64,000 nt of DNA from an uncultured Gemmatimonadales bacterium (GTDB taxonomy: Bacteria; Gemmatimonadota; Gemmatimonadetes; Longimicrobiales; RSA9): contig CAWAMW010000002.1 in NCBI GenBank assembly GCA_963783305.1, positions 384,001 to 448,000 of the forward strand, given 5' to 3'. Both the position numbers and the translations under genes were made by a program. The notes beneath the pieces were generated by a model. It was not told where the DNA came from. It was given only the letters and a program-made list of their open reading frames with translations, and ran no database searches. Each line of letters opens with the position of its first letter. Position 1 is the stretch's first letter. Positions 9,811 through 18,618 of the stretch are shown one piece after another.

Positions 9811-11114
9811 GCCGTAAGAGCGCTCCCGGAGACCGGGGCGCGAACCGGGCGGTCATCGCCCTCGGGATCGCCCGCATGGCCGACGCGGTGGCCAACTCCT
9901 TCCTGGTCATCGTCCTCCCGCTTTTCATCGCCAGCGAGAGCGTGGGCGGCACGTCCTGGGGTCTCTCCGACGCGGCCATGACCGGGATGATCCTGGCCAT
10001 CTTCGGCTTCTTCAACGCATTCGCCCAGCCGTTCGCCGGTCGGCTCTCTGATCGCACCGGCCGACGCCGCGTCTTCGTGCTCGGCGGCCTCATCGCGCTG
10101 GCCGCGTTCAACTCCCTCTACATGTTTGCCGGCAGCTACATCGCCCTCTTCCTCATCCGGATCGGACAGGGACTGTCGGTGGCGTTCACGATCGTCGCCG
10201 CCGTCGCGCTGGTGAACGAGCTGAGCACCCGCGCCAACCGTGGGCGCAACATGGGCACATACAACTCGCTCCGGCTCGTGGGCTTCGGCGTGGGTCCGCT
10301 CGTGGCCGGGTTCGTCGTCTCCGGGGGGCCGTACCGAGTGCTGGGCGTCACTTTCACCGGGTTCGACGCCGCGTTCCTCGTCGCCACCGTAGGGGCGCTC
10401 GTCGGCGCCGGACTCGTCGCCCTCATGGTAGACGACCCGGAAACGACCGAGCCCACGGCGGCGCCCCTGCGGCTCGCCATCCGCGCCCACGACGGCGAGC
10501 ACCGCCTCGACCCCATCTTCGCCCTCGGCCTCGTCACCCTGGTCATGGCCGCCTGTATCTCGCTGCTCGGGTCCATCGAGCCCCAGGTGAACGAGAGACT
10601 CGGGCAGGACGCCCGATGGTTCGGCATCCAGTTCGGCGTGTTCATCCTCTCCCTCGCCGCCACGCAGCCGCTCATCGGATCCCTCAGCGACCGCTGGGGC
10701 CGCAAGCCGTTCATCCTCCTCGGCACCCTCCTCCTCGTGCCCACCACGCTCGCGCAGGGACTCGTGACCACCCCCTGGACCATGGTCTTCGCCCGCCTGG
10801 CGCAGGGGATAGCCGGGGCCATGGTCTTCTCCCCTGCCCTCGCCCTCGCCGGCGACCTCGCCCGCCGCGGCGAGTCCGGGCTTCAGCTCTCCATCCTCAC
10901 CATGGCCTTCGGCATAGGCCTCTCCATCGGACAGCTGCTCTCCGGATTCCTCGTAGGGTGGGGCTACGTCGTGCCATTCGCCACGGGCGCCACTCTGGCC
11001 CTCGCCGCCGCCGCACTGGTCCGGACCGAGGTGGAGGAGCCCCCCCGCGAAACCGACAGATCGCCCGGCAAACGGGATGGAACTTGCACCGCCGTAAGCT
11101 CGACCCGAACCTGA
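9807..11114 (+). CDS. MFS transporter (start uncertain: CTG 9807 or ATG 9876)
   Basis: About 12 hydrophobic segments; motif A GRLSDRTGRR and GSLSDRWGRK. The hydrophobic stretch RAVIALGIAR lies in frame upstream of the ATG. Confidence 0.85.
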   Translation: MSRKSAPGDRGANRAVIALGIARMADAVANSFLVIVLPLFIASESVGGTSWGLSDAAMTGMILAIFGFFNAFAQPFAGRLSDRTGRRRVFVLGGLIALAAFNSLYMFAGSYIALFLIRIGQGLSVAFTIVAAVALVNELSTRANRGRNMGTYNSLRLVGFGVGPLVAGFVVSGGPYRVLGVTFTGFDAAFLVATVGALVGAGLVALMVDDPETTEPTAAPLRLAIRAHDGEHRLDPIFALGLVTLVMAACISLLGSIEPQVNERLGQDARWFGIQFGVFILSLAATQPLIGSLSDRWGRKPFILLGTLLLVPTTLAQGLVTTPWTMVFARLAQGIAGAMVFSPALALAGDLARRGESGLQLSILTMAFGIGLSIGQLLSGFLVGWGYVVPFATGATLALAAAALVRTEVEEPPRETDRSPGKRDGTCTAVSSTRT

Positions 11115-11129
11115 GATCCGAGAGAACCC

Positions 11130-11501
11130 ATGCGATTCCTGCTCCGTCTCCTGGCCACCGCCGCCGCCCTCTGGGCCGCGGTCGCGCTGGTCCCCGGCAT
11201 CACCTATACCGGTGGGGTCCTCGAGCTGCTCGGAGTCGCGCTCGTATTCGGCTTCGTCAACGCCGTCATACGGCCGATCCTCAAGCTGCTGACCTGCCCC
11301 CTGGTCGTCCTCACGCTGGGGCTGTTCGTGTTCATCCTGAATGCCTTCCTGCTCTGGCTCACCAGCATGATGGCGCAGGCACTCGGGATCGGCTTCGTCG
11401 TGGAGGGGTTCTGGGCCGCCCTGGTCGGCGCCCTGATCGTCGGGGTCGTCAGCACGGTGCTGAACCTCTTCGTGGGCAAGAAAGAGCGCCGGAAGGACTG
11501 A
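11130..11501 (+). CDS. YvlD / 4-TM phage-holin-family membrane protein
   Basis: FGFVNAVIRPILKLLTCPLVVLTLGLFVFILNAFLL signature. Confidence 0.88.
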   Translation: MRFLLRLLATAAALWAAVALVPGITYTGGVLELLGVALVFGFVNAVIRPILKLLTCPLVVLTLGLFVFILNAFLLWLTSMMAQALGIGFVVEGFWAALVGALIVGVVSTVLNLFVGKKERRKD

Positions 11502-11514
11502 AGCGGTCGCGCTT

Positions 11515-12171
11515 CTATCTCGGCAGCTCGCCGACGATGCCGCCCTGGTCGTCAAGCGCCGGATATTCGGCGCCGCGTCTCCGACAGAGGTCGGCGATCC
11601 GGGGGTAGCCCCACTCGAAGAGGGTACGGAGTGCGGCCGGGTCGTCGAGGGGCGGCCGGTGGTACATGCCCGCCACGGCGCGCTGTCGCTCGGCCTCGTA
11701 GAGGATGACGCCGGCGGCCACGGACACGTTCAGCGACGCAACGGCTCCGCGCATGGGGATCATCACGTGCCGGCCCGCGGCCGCGAGGGCCTCCGGGGTC
11801 AGGCCGTCCAGCTCGGTGCCCAGCAGGAGCGCCGTGGGCCGGGTGTATTCAATGTCCCGATAGTCCACGGAGCCGGGCCCGGGGTGGGCCGCCACGACGT
11901 CCATCCCGAGCTGCCGGAGCGCCGCCAGCGCATCGGTCAGTGAGCCGTGCCGCTCGAGTCGGACGAAGCGGCGGGCGCCCATGGAGTTGCGGGGTCGCTC
12001 GTAGTACCGCTCCCCCGGGACGATATGCACGCGGCCAACCCCCACGGCATCACAGGTGCGGATCACCGCGTTCAGGTTGTGCGGTTTGTGGACCCGGTCC
12101 ATGAGCACGGTGAGGTCGGGCTGGCGTCGTGCCAGGATCTCCCGGAGCCGCCGGTATCGTTCCGGTGTCAT
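11515..12171 (-). CDS. trmH: tRNA (guanosine-18 2'-O)-methyltransferase
   Basis: MTPERY..RRQPDLTVLMDRVHKPHN; SPOUT motifs GTELDG and IPMRGAVASLNVSVA. Confidence 0.93.
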   Translation of the reverse strand: MTPERYRRLREILARRQPDLTVLMDRVHKPHNLNAVIRTCDAVGVGRVHIVPGERYYERPRNSMGARRFVRLERHGSLTDALAALRQLGMDVVAAHPGPGSVDYRDIEYTRPTALLLGTELDGLTPEALAAAGRHVMIPMRGAVASLNVSVAAGVILYEAERQRAVAGMYHRPPLDDPAALRTLFEWGYPRIADLCRRRGAEYPALDDQGGIVGELPR

Positions 12172-13955
12172 GGCTCCGGGTAGAACCGCCACTGCGCGGC
12201 ATGGTCCCGGTCCAGCTCGAGCCCCAGCAGCCGGGCCCGGACCATCTCCACGGGCATCGGTCCGCCCTGGAGGATGGCGTCGTGGAACTCCCGCTCGGTC
12301 ATGCGACCGGTCTCCACCAGCTCACGCTGCAGCGCCTGGAACTGGAGCCCGCCGAGCATGTACCCGGCCTGGTAGAGCGGGGGGTAGCTGCCATTGAAGG
12401 AGCGCCGTACCTCGGCGGTGGCGTTGGCGCGTTCGTGCCCCACGCGCTCCACCAGGAAATCGATCGCCTCCTCGGCGGTCATGCGCTCCAGGTGGAACGA
12501 CAGGCTGAAGATGATCCGCGCTGCGCGGTGCATCCGCCAGAAGAGCATCCCCACCCGGTCTTCCGGCCCCCGCGGGAATCCCAGGTCCCAGAGCCGGAAC
12601 TCCCAGTACAGCGCGTTGCCCTCGTGCCAGAATGGAGTGCCGAACATCTGCCGGTGCGGATTGTAGCGGTCGTTCATGAAGCCCTGCAGGTGGTGGCCGG
12701 GGATCAACTCGTGGTGCACCACCGCGCGGGCGAAATGCTCGTTGTTGCCCCGCATGCTCATGAGCTTGTCCACGTGCTCCATCCCGGCTGTGGGATAGGA
12801 GACCAGGATCACCTCGCCGCCAAGGAAGAACGGCGCCACCTTCTGCCGCTCGGGCGACATCATCTCCATCCGCCAGACTTCCTCGGCCAGCGGCGGGATG
12901 GTCACCAGGTCGCGCTCCCGGATGAACTCCACGGACTGCTCGTACAGGTCCAGGATCAAGGCCGGCTGCTCACCCGGCGCCACGTGCAGCGTCTTGACGT
13001 ACTCCACGGCCTCGAGCCAGTCGTCGCCGAAGCCCAACTCCCGCGACGCCTCGATCATCCGCGCCTCGCACCACGCGTACTCCCGCTCCGCGATCTCGAT
13101 CAGCTCCGCGGGCGAATAGGGGATCATCTCGTGACGCAGGTCTGCCGCGAGCCCCTCGGCCCCGATGGGGTCGCCGACGATAGGCGGGTCCTCCCCTTCC
13201 TCGTAGCCGACCACCCGTCGTCGCAGGAACGCCTCGTAGCCCTCCAGCGCCGTGTCCAGCGCACGGTACGGCTCCTCCACCCACCAGGTGAAAAGTGGGT
13301 CGTACCCGGCGTGGTACCCGTGCCACCGGTCCAGGGTACGACGCAGCGATGCGGTGGCATCGGCGGCCCGCAGACCCAGGATCGGTGTGGGTCCGGCGCC
13401 CGCGGTCAGTGACGAATCCACCTCCTCCACGACGGCACCCACCTCGTCCTCCAGCCGCGTCAGCTCCTCCGCCACCGTGCGCGGGTCCACCCGCTCCAGC
13501 GCGCGGCGCGACTGGTGGAGCCCCAGGATCGGCTCGGCGAACGGCAGCAGCGGCCGCATTTCCTCCAGCAGCGATTCCTCCCGGGTGAGCTCGCTAAGCT
13601 GGTACTCGACTTCGGTGTCCAGCAGCACCCAGTCCACGCGGCCTTCGACGCCCAGCCGGTCGTAGTCCAGCGATCGCAGCTCGTCCCGCCAACCGTCGTA
13701 GAATGACCGCAGCCGCGCGCGCCGGTTCGCGGACCAGTCCGCGTCATACCGGCGGAACAGCGCGGCCCGATCCCGCGCGAACCGCTCCACAACGCTGACC
13801 ATCTCGCTCCCGGGCATTCCCACCATGGGGACGAGATCCGGCACCGCTGCCTCCTGCGCCGCGGCGGGCATGGCGGGGATTCCGGTGGCCATCGCGATGG
13901 CCAGGAACGCGACGAGAACGATTGGCGCTCGCGCGCTGACAGGGATACACGACAT
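12168..13955 (-). CDS. DUF885 family exported protein (putative metallopeptidase)
   Basis: Signal peptide; HELIPGHHLQ, FWHEGNALYWE and YQAGYMLG; GGAG RBS. Confidence 0.88.
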   Translation of the reverse strand: MSCIPVSARAPIVLVAFLAIAMATGIPAMPAAAQEAAVPDLVPMVGMPGSEMVSVVERFARDRAALFRRYDADWSANRRARLRSFYDGWRDELRSLDYDRLGVEGRVDWVLLDTEVEYQLSELTREESLLEEMRPLLPFAEPILGLHQSRRALERVDPRTVAEELTRLEDEVGAVVEEVDSSLTAGAGPTPILGLRAADATASLRRTLDRWHGYHAGYDPLFTWWVEEPYRALDTALEGYEAFLRRRVVGYEEGEDPPIVGDPIGAEGLAADLRHEMIPYSPAELIEIAEREYAWCEARMIEASRELGFGDDWLEAVEYVKTLHVAPGEQPALILDLYEQSVEFIRERDLVTIPPLAEEVWRMEMMSPERQKVAPFFLGGEVILVSYPTAGMEHVDKLMSMRGNNEHFARAVVHHELIPGHHLQGFMNDRYNPHRQMFGTPFWHEGNALYWEFRLWDLGFPRGPEDRVGMLFWRMHRAARIIFSLSFHLERMTAEEAIDFLVERVGHERANATAEVRRSFNGSYPPLYQAGYMLGGLQFQALQRELVETGRMTEREFHDAILQGGPMPVEMVRARLLGLELDRDHAAQWRFYPEP

Positions 13956-14053
13956 TGCGACTCCGATGATCTCCGAGTGGCTTGCTGAGAGAAGCCGGGA
14001 CGCGCGAGGAGCGGCGCGACCTTCGGTCAGTATCGATGTTCGGAACGGGCTCA

Positions 14054-14371
14054 TCAAGGACTCCGCCTCAGGGCACCCGCTCCGCGGCGGATTGCCCCCG
14101 CCAGCAGCATGACCGAGACCGAGGCCGCAGCGACGCTCTCGGCCTTTCGGTACCCGAAATGATAGCGCTCGTCCGGCTCCCGCCCCGCCGCCGAGAGGGC
14201 GCGCCACACGATGAGCGAGGAGAAGATGTCCAGAGACGACTCCACGCCATCCGCAACCAGCGCGTACGAGTGCCCCACCAGCCCGGTGATCACCTTCACC
14301 GCCACCATGACCGCGTTCACGCCCAGCGCCAGCCGGGCCGCGCCGATCCCGCGCCGCGTCCGCTCGTCCAC
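14054..14371 (-). pseudogene. Truncated cation diffusion facilitator (FieF-like), N-terminal ~95 aa only
   Basis: KVITGLVGHSYALVADGVESSLD...PDERYHFGYRKAESVA matches CDF TM1-TM3, then similarity stops and the ORF ends. CDFs are normally ~300 aa. Confidence 0.8.
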
Positions 14372-14448
14372 GGGCGCAACGTAACATCCGCCCAGCCAGC
14401 AGGGGACCGCGTCTTGACGGAACGCCCCCACGGCCGTCTGTTCCCGCG

Positions 14449-15948
14449 ATGCGCGTCTGCCTCCTGACATACGACGATCGGGACCCCAAGCGCCCCGACC
14501 AGAGACCCGTTCCCGCCGACCCGCGGCCGTTCCTGCCCGACGCCGACTGGACGCGCGTGGAGCTGGAGAAGGCGACCGCGGCGAAGCGGCTGATCCAGCT
14601 GACCCGCGACGACTACGACCTCTTCTTCAACCTCTGTGACGGCGGCTGGGACAGCGAGGCGCCAGGCATCGAGGTCGTGGGCGCGCTGGAGCGGCTGCAC
14701 GTCCCGTTCACCGGCGCCGACTCCGTCTTCTACGATCCGTCACGGGAGGCCATGAAGCGGATCTGCTCGGCCTGGGGGATCGACACTCCCGGCTACGTCA
14801 TGGCCCGCCGTGAGGAGGACGTTGATCGCGCCGCCGACACCCTCGCGTTCCCCCTCATCGTCAAGCACCCGGCGAGCTACAGCAGCATCGGCCTCACCCG
14901 CGACTCGCGCGTCGAGAACGCGGCCGCACTCCGGGAGCAGGCGCGGCACACCATGGCCGAGCGAGGATCGGCGCTCATCGAGGAGTTCATCGAGGGCGGC
15001 GAGGCGACGGTCCTGGTCGCGGAGGATCCCGATGATCCCGCCACACCCGTCACGTACACGCCCATCGCGTACCGATTCCCGGAGGGCGAAAGCTTCAAGC
15101 ACTTCGACCTCAAGTGGCACGACTACCACGGGCTCAGTGCCGCGCCTGTGATGGACGCCATACTGTCGGATTCGCTACGGGACGCCTCCGCTCGACTCTT
15201 CACGGGGCTCCGCGGCGCCGGCTACGGTCGCTGCGACCTCCGGATCGATCGGGACGGTCGTCCGTTCATGCTGGAGATCAACCCGAACTGCGGAATCTAC
15301 TATCCCCCCTCCGACCCGGGCAGCGCCGACCTCTGCCTGCTCCACTCGGAGGACGGACACCGCGGCTTCACCCGGCGCGTGGTGGAGGCCGCGTTCCGAC
15401 GCCACCGTGACCGTGAGCGAGGATGGGAGGTGCGCCCCGTCGACGACGGCTATGGCGTGTTCGCCTGCCGCGCCTTCTCACCGGGTGACATCATCATGCG
15501 GTTCGAGGAGGAGCAGCACGTCCTGGTGAGCCGGTCGCGCGTGGAGGCCGCATGGGACGAGCGCCGCGCCGACTGGTTCCGCCGCTACGCCTGGCCGATC
15601 AGCGACGAGATATGGGTGACGTGGGATGAGGACCCGGAGAAGTGGCGCCCGATCAACCACTCCTGCGAGCCCACGGCGTGGCTCGAGGGCCTCGACGTGA
15701 CGGCCCGCACCGGCATCGCGACCGGGGACCCCATCACGCTCGATTACGCCACCTTCTACAACCACGTTATGCCCGATTTCGACTGCGCCTGCGGCGCCGA
15801 TCGCTGCCGGGGGGTCGTGCGGGGCACCGATTATCTCGGCACGGTCGTTGAACGGTACGGAGACCACGTGTCCGACTACGTTCGCCAGGCCCGCGCGGCC
15901 CGGCAGGCGGTCGGCGATCAGAAACGATCCCGTGGAGCGGCGCAATGA
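14449..15948 (+). CDS. D-Ala-D-Ala-ligase-like ATP-grasp domain fused to a SET/post-SET methyltransferase domain
   Basis: FNLCDG, FPLIVKH, LIEEFIEGGE, YGRCDLRID and LEINPNCG (ATP-grasp). GYGVFA, PINHSCEP, ITLDY and CACGADRCRG (SET/post-SET). Confidence 0.85.
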   Translation: MRVCLLTYDDRDPKRPDQRPVPADPRPFLPDADWTRVELEKATAAKRLIQLTRDDYDLFFNLCDGGWDSEAPGIEVVGALERLHVPFTGADSVFYDPSREAMKRICSAWGIDTPGYVMARREEDVDRAADTLAFPLIVKHPASYSSIGLTRDSRVENAAALREQARHTMAERGSALIEEFIEGGEATVLVAEDPDDPATPVTYTPIAYRFPEGESFKHFDLKWHDYHGLSAAPVMDAILSDSLRDASARLFTGLRGAGYGRCDLRIDRDGRPFMLEINPNCGIYYPPSDPGSADLCLLHSEDGHRGFTRRVVEAAFRRHRDRERGWEVRPVDDGYGVFACRAFSPGDIIMRFEEEQHVLVSRSRVEAAWDERRADWFRRYAWPISDEIWVTWDEDPEKWRPINHSCEPTAWLEGLDVTARTGIATGDPITLDYATFYNHVMPDFDCACGADRCRGVVRGTDYLGTVVERYGDHVSDYVRQARAARQAVGDQKRSRGAAQ

Positions 15949-16265
15949 CCAATGTAGACATTACCGACGCACCTGAGCGGCAGCGGTTCGAGACGGAGGT
16001 CGATGGCGAGACCGCCGTCGTCGACTACCAGATCGATGGAGACCGCATTCGACTCACCCACACGAGTGTTCCGGCCCCTCTCGAGGGTCGCGGCATCGGC
16101 AGCGCGCTCGCGCGACACGCGCTCGACGACGCCGCGAACCGCGATCTGCGCGTCTGGCCGGAGTGTCCGTTCATCGCGTCATACATCAAGCGGCACCCCG
16201 AGTACCTGGACCTCGTGGATGACGAGTACCCGGGCCGCGATGAGCTGCGGTCCCAACCCGACTGA
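15945..16265 (+). CDS. Small GNAT acetyltransferase (YjdJ/Acetyltransf_CG-like)
   Basis: [17 protein letters not shown]...[18 protein letters not shown] overlap with the upstream gene. Confidence 0.88.
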   Translation: MTNVDITDAPERQRFETEVDGETAVVDYQIDGDRIRLTHTSVPAPLEGRGIGSALARHALDDAANRDLRVWPECPFIASYIKRHPEYLDLVDDEYPGRDELRSQPD

Positions 16266-16285
16266 TCACACACAGGAGAGACGGA

Positions 16286-16756
16286 ATGGCCAACCCGAAA
16301 GCGAACATCGAGACCAACCACGGAACCCTTCGCATCGAGCTGTTCGAGCAGCGCGCACCCGAGACGGTGAAGAACTTTATCGACCTGGCGGAGAAGGGGT
16401 TCTACGATGGCGTGATCTTTCACCGCGTCATCTCCGATTTCATGATCCAGGGCGGGGACCCGCAGGGGACGGGCACCGGGGGCCCGGGCTACACCATCGA
16501 TGACGAGTTCCACCCGGAGCTGCGTCATGACGAGGCCGGCGTGCTCTCAATGGCCAACGCCGGCCCCAACACCGGCGGATCCCAGTTCTTCATCACCCTC
16601 GCCCCTACGCCGTGGCTCGACAACCGCCACGCCGTCTTCGGAAAGGTCGTGGACGGCATGGACGTGGTGCGGGAGATCGGCTCCGTGGAGACAGCCCGGG
16701 GCGACCGGCCAAAGGAAGAGGTCCGCATGGAGAAGGTGACGATCGAACGGGAGTAA
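16286..16756 (+). CDS. Cyclophilin-type peptidyl-prolyl cis-trans isomerase
   Basis: [33 protein letters not shown] and [20 protein letters not shown]. Confidence 0.96.
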   Translation: MANPKANIETNHGTLRIELFEQRAPETVKNFIDLAEKGFYDGVIFHRVISDFMIQGGDPQGTGTGGPGYTIDDEFHPELRHDEAGVLSMANAGPNTGGSQFFITLAPTPWLDNRHAVFGKVVDGMDVVREIGSVETARGDRPKEEVRMEKVTIERE

Positions 16757-16771
16757 ACATCGGGGGCCTGA

Positions 16772-16962
16772 GGGTCTGCGGGGCTGCGGGGTCTTCGGGG
16801 GTCCGCGGGGTCCGCGGGGTCCGCGGGGTCTTCGGGGGTCTGCGGGTCTGCGGGTCTGCGGGTCTGCGGGTCTGCGGGTCTGCGGGTCTGCGGGTCTGCG
16901 GGTCTGCGGGTCTGCGGGGTCTTGCGGGGTCTTCGGGGGTCCGCGGGGTCTTCGGGGGTCCG
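16772..16962. repeat. Simple tandem repeat tract (8-10 bp units)
   Basis: Ten perfect GGGTCTGC copies at 16836-16915, flanked by GGGGTCCGC and GGGGTCTTC variants. Confidence 0.95.
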
Positions 16963-17028
16963 CGGGCGAGCGGAGGGTTCCGCGCCCTCATTCGCTCCGC
17001 GAGGCGGTATTTCTGCCGCACGTGCAGA

Positions 17029-17176
17029 ACCTCCCTCAATGTGGGTGAAAAAGCCCACACGCACTCTGCATGGCGCCCCGCGATAGGCCGTTTTACCGCT
17101 GTAGGGGTGAAAAACCCTCCATGCAATCCGCATTGGACCGCGCGGCAGACGGTTTTACCGCCGTATGGGTGAAAAA
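17029..17176. repeat. Three-unit, 62-bp-period array of imperfect palindromes (REP-like)
   Basis: GGGTGAAAAA starts at 17043, 17105 and 17167. Full units are TTTTACCGCTGTAGGGGTGAAAAA (17091-17114) and TTTTACCGCCGTATGGGTGAAAAA (17153-17176). Confidence 0.75.
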
Positions 17177-17209
17177 TGCCCTCATCCCGTGGCACCCCGG
17201 GGGCAGAGA

Positions 17210-17277
17210 GGTCCGCCACCGCAGCTGGGGTCCACCACCGCAGAGGGGTCCGCCACCGCAGCTGGGGTCCGCCGCCG
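17210..17277. repeat. Tandem repeat, ~3.6 copies of an 18-19 bp unit
   Basis: GGTCC(G/A)CCACCGCAG(CTGG/AGG) repeated. Confidence 0.85.
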
Positions 17278-17291
17278 TTCAAGGAAAAGCG

Positions 17292-17328
17292 AAGGGGCGC
17301 CCGGCCGTCGGCCGGGCGCCCCTTTTCC
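17292..17328. terminator. Probable bidirectional rho-independent terminator
   Basis: AAGGGGCGCCCGGCCG-T-CGGCCGGGCGCCCCTT hairpin with A/T-rich flanks, between convergent genes. Confidence 0.8.
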
Positions 17329-17347
17329 ACTGCGATCCCTCTGCGGA

Positions 17348-18604
17348 TCAGCCGTCGTCACCGCCGCCCGAGGGCCGCGGCTTCGCCTTCACCCGCGGGC
17401 TTGGCGCTGAGCTGGTCGACGGGGAAGCGCTGGCTCCCACGGCGGCGTTGCTCCCACCGGAGCTACTCGCGCCGGAGCCGTTCCTCGGAACCGCAACCGT
17501 ACCGCCGGACCCGGAGCCCGTGTAGCCGCGGCCCTTCACGAGCCGCCCTTGCCTGGCCTCCTCGATGGGCTGCACGATGATCACACCCGGTCCGTTGTAC
17601 CAGCCGGTGCCATACCACCCCCCCACGCCATACCCGCTGGCGTAGCCGTAGCGCGATCCGTATGGGTATCGACCGTAATAGAAGGGGTCGTAGTAGAATG
17701 GGTCGTAATACCAGGAGCCGAAGCGGTAGCGGTCCCAATCGTAACGGCGTCCGTCCATCCGCCCGTCCATCCGCTCGTCTATACGCCTGTCCCTTTCCAT
17801 GGCGCTATCGGGCTGGCGCGCCAGAGCGAAGCGCTCGGGGTAGCTCACCGCCACAGCCACGTCGATCACCTCGGGACTGACCCCCGCATCCGCCAGCCGG
17901 ACGAGCCGATCGGCGTCCAGACGGATCGGCTGACCCTGCTCGGCGATCCACGCCCGGACGGCCTCGGCGTCGGTTCGGGCGTGGGCGTCAATGATCTCCT
18001 CCACCGTCGGTGTCCGGGCGGCCGCGACACGGGCCGTCTCGATGGCCAGGCTCCGCTTCGCCATGACGTTGTCGATCTCGGCACGCTCCGCATCGGTCAG
18101 CACCGCCGTTTCCAGCCGGTGCGCCGGCGCCACACGGTACCGCTTTACCCAGGACGTGCTCCCGTTCCCGACCGTAAGGGCGCGGACGTCGATCCATTCA
18201 CGGGGGCTCACCATGGTGATGATCCCGCGCGTCGAGCGCGCGGTCCCCCCCTCACAGCTGAGCGTGGACCGCGTGTAGATCCGCGCCGCGCCCTGCGAGG
18301 TTTCCGCACTCTGCACACCGGTGCATCCGCCCGAGTCGAATGGCCGTTCCACGCCGTCGGCCCGCAGCAGCTGTCGCTCCACCACACCGGTGCTGGCCAC
18401 GGTCAGGATCTCGGCCCCGCCCTCCGCCGGCACCACGCACGTCAACGGCGCCTGGACCGGCGCTTCCGCGTCCGCCCAGCAGCCCATGAACGGAAGCCAT
18501 GGCACCGTGGACGTTGCCTGGGCCCGGAGCGTGGTCGGCAGCGCGAATCCAGCCGCCATCACCAGCGCCGCCCCGAGCACCGCTCCTGTCTCTCTGATCT
18601 TCAT
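17348..18604 (-). CDS. Secreted hypothetical protein with Tyr/Gly-rich and Ser/Gly-rich C-terminal region
   Basis: Signal peptide (..LPTTLRAQ); four N-terminal Cys; YYDPFYYDPFYYG repeat; GGAG RBS. Confidence 0.75.
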   Translation of the reverse strand: MKIRETGAVLGAALVMAAGFALPTTLRAQATSTVPWLPFMGCWADAEAPVQAPLTCVVPAEGGAEILTVASTGVVERQLLRADGVERPFDSGGCTGVQSAETSQGAARIYTRSTLSCEGGTARSTRGIITMVSPREWIDVRALTVGNGSTSWVKRYRVAPAHRLETAVLTDAERAEIDNVMAKRSLAIETARVAAARTPTVEEIIDAHARTDAEAVRAWIAEQGQPIRLDADRLVRLADAGVSPEVIDVAVAVSYPERFALARQPDSAMERDRRIDERMDGRMDGRRYDWDRYRFGSWYYDPFYYDPFYYGRYPYGSRYGYASGYGVGGWYGTGWYNGPGVIIVQPIEEARQGRLVKGRGYTGSGSGGTVAVPRNGSGASSSGGSNAAVGASASPSTSSAPSPRVKAKPRPSGGGDDG

Positions 18605-18618
18605 GGTGTCTCCTTCTC

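Noticed and set aside
11130..11501. Prophage signal from the holin-family gene
   Set aside because: YvlD-type proteins are common chromosomal membrane proteins, and there are no phage genes nearby.
14449..15948. Housekeeping ddl
   Set aside because: It lacks the N-terminal GGxSxE and HG..GEDG motifs, has a SET fusion, and is not in a cell-wall gene cluster.
17029..17176. Calling the second 62-bp-period array a CRISPR array
   Set aside because: Three imperfect units, no cas genes, and the repeat does not match a CRISPR repeat family I recognise.
16525..17330. ORFs with RRPADPQT / GLRVCGSA repeats
   Set aside because: They are translations of the 8-bp microsatellite in several frames and overlap the cyclophilin gene.
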